Shown: in pieces, positions 34,526 to 35,446 of the stretch
How positions within the stretch are numbered: position 1 is the stretch's first letter
Layout: each line of letters opens with the position of its first letter
Assembly (NCBI GenBank): GCA_000320545.1
Contig: ADNK01001867.1
Location: forward strand, 1-35,446
DNA from: Bigelowiella natans CCMP2755
Lineage: Eukaryota; Protista; Cercozoa
DNA length: 35,446 bases
Direction: 5' to 3'
Position numbers and translations under genes: made by a program
The notes under the pieces: generated by a model
The model's database searches: none
Seen by the model: the letters and a program-made list of their open reading frames with translations, nothing else
What the model was told of the DNA's origin: nothing

Positions 34526-35446
34526 TCATCGCTTTCGGAACTTCACCAACCACCAGGTAATAGATTCCTCTCTAACCTTATCTCCTTTGTCGCTTACCCA
34601 GAACTCACCTTCGTCCTTAGGTTCGTGTCCATACCAGCCCTCTGCATCAAGGTCCCCCAGGACCTTATACCAGTGCTCAAAGGGTAAGTCGGGAACAGCT
34701 AGGTAGAGTAGCTGATATTTTCCGTCCTTTATTTTCATAGCTACCCTCTCCATATTTCGTAATCCAGGGTAGCCTAGATAGACAATCTTCATGCGCCAAT
34801 CGTCGTTCACCCTGACCTTATTGTTTCCATATTCCACATCGAACTTAGGTCGGGGTCCTAAACAAGGCATTGCTCGCTCCCACACAGTAGGGTTTACTTT
34901 AACATCCTCTAGGAGCTTCTCACCGATATCATAATTCTTTAGGTGACTGATGTGGCGCAAGGTGACCCTGTTCCCATCATAGATGTAGTACTGCTTCCTC
35001 CCCTTCCTCTCGGTAACCTTTGCAACGCCACCCCAGAAGGGGTCTTGTTTATTTCTCGATCTCAGATTTACCTTGGCCCTAACATACTGTCCTTCCTTTA
35101 GAACTCGGCCATCGTACGGGACCTTCTCGTCTTCGCTCTCGGTATCGTCGTCGTTGTCGTCGCCTTCTTCCCTCTCCTTATCCTTGATACCTCCCCCAGA
35201 CGTGAAGGTGTCGTTTACTAACCCTTGTATCTTGTCTGGTGTGGTGCTATTTATCCTGCTTAGGTTGGCCAAGGTGCGGTGGAGTCGCTCTACCTTGGAG
35301 TTGGACTGGGCATAGTATACAGGTGAGGCATCAATATTAGGGTGTGGTAGCTGTAGAAGAGAGGTCTCATTATCCACATGTAACTTCTTTGGTATCTTGT
35401 TTATGCTAACTTCATCAGGACCCCCATAGGTACATTGTTCTAACCG
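34526..35446 (-). CDS. Retrotransposon Pol C-terminus: integrase core, SH3-like C-terminal domain, degenerate Dam-like methyltransferase-fold domain
   Basis: Frame is open to the window edge: IPKKLHVDNE (second catalytic D), SPVYYAQSNSKVERLHRTL (catalytic E), KQDPFWGGVAKV...RHISHLKNY (GPY/F-SH3-like), then W-x5-YLGYPG...RVAMKI...LYLAVPDLPFEHWYKVL. Confidence 0.88.
   Translation of the reverse strand, partial: RLEQCTYGGPDEVSINKIPKKLHVDNETSLLQLPHPNIDASPVYYAQSNSKVERLHRTLANLSRINSTTPDKIQGLVNDTFTSGGGIKDKEREEGDDNDDDTESEDEKVPYDGRVLKEGQYVRAKVNLRSRNKQDPFWGGVAKVTERKGRKQYYIYDGNRVTLRHISHLKNYDIGEKLLEDVKVNPTVWERAMPCLGPRPKFDVEYGNNKVRVNDDWRMKIVYLGYPGLRNMERVAMKIKDGKYQLLYLAVPDLPFEHWYKVLGDLDAEGWYGHEPKDEGEFWVSDKGDKVREESITWWLVKFRKR

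Larger units (their letters stand above)
34149..35446 (-). mobile_element. 3' end of a Ty3/Gypsy-type LTR retrotransposon (integrase - PPT - 3' LTR), truncated by the window edge
   Basis: Intronless ORF with integrase motifs as the last pol domains, followed by a polypurine tract and a TG...CA bounded LTR. Confidence 0.88.

Noticed and set aside
1-35446. Window begins ggttagaa and ends ttctaacc(g), an 8-bp inverted match
   Set aside because: Both ends fall inside unrelated features (kinase gene and integrase ORF) and the match does not extend; treated as chance or a windowing artefact.

Overview
Intron-rich, microsatellite-rich eukaryotic nuclear DNA. It is most consistent with a chlorarachniophyte (Bigelowiella-like); this is an inference from a 7-exon PetF ferredoxin carrying a signal peptide plus transit-like presequence. 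Manual GT-AG splicing recovers about 10 host genes in near-strict alternating orientation: a multi-pass membrane/TKL kinase (-, truncated at the left edge), an S/R/P-rich unknown (+), a Gfo/Idh/MocA oxidoreductase (-), a small UBA-like protein (+), a weakly supported gene (-), plastid ferredoxin (+), a histidine acid phosphatase (-), a GATA-like/PHD/zf-CW/ARID chromatin protein (+), a coiled-coil protein (-), a YYxxYY-motif protein (-) and a FAM166/CIMIP2-like PGYTG protein (+). The window ends in the 3' end of a Ty3/Gypsy LTR retrotransposon (integrase, PPT, 326-bp LTR). Three signals stand out. (1) Sharply bounded ~0.9-kb domains have lost almost every TpA except inside CTAG, suggesting a localised TpA->CpA/TpG hypermutation or base-modification process. 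(2) A distinctive pyrimidine-purine/palindrome-rich spacer sits at every convergent gene junction. (3) The Gypsy integrase ends in a degenerate Dam-like (DIRS-type) adenine methyltransferase-fold domain where a chromodomain usually lies. All gene models and counts were made by eye without tools.
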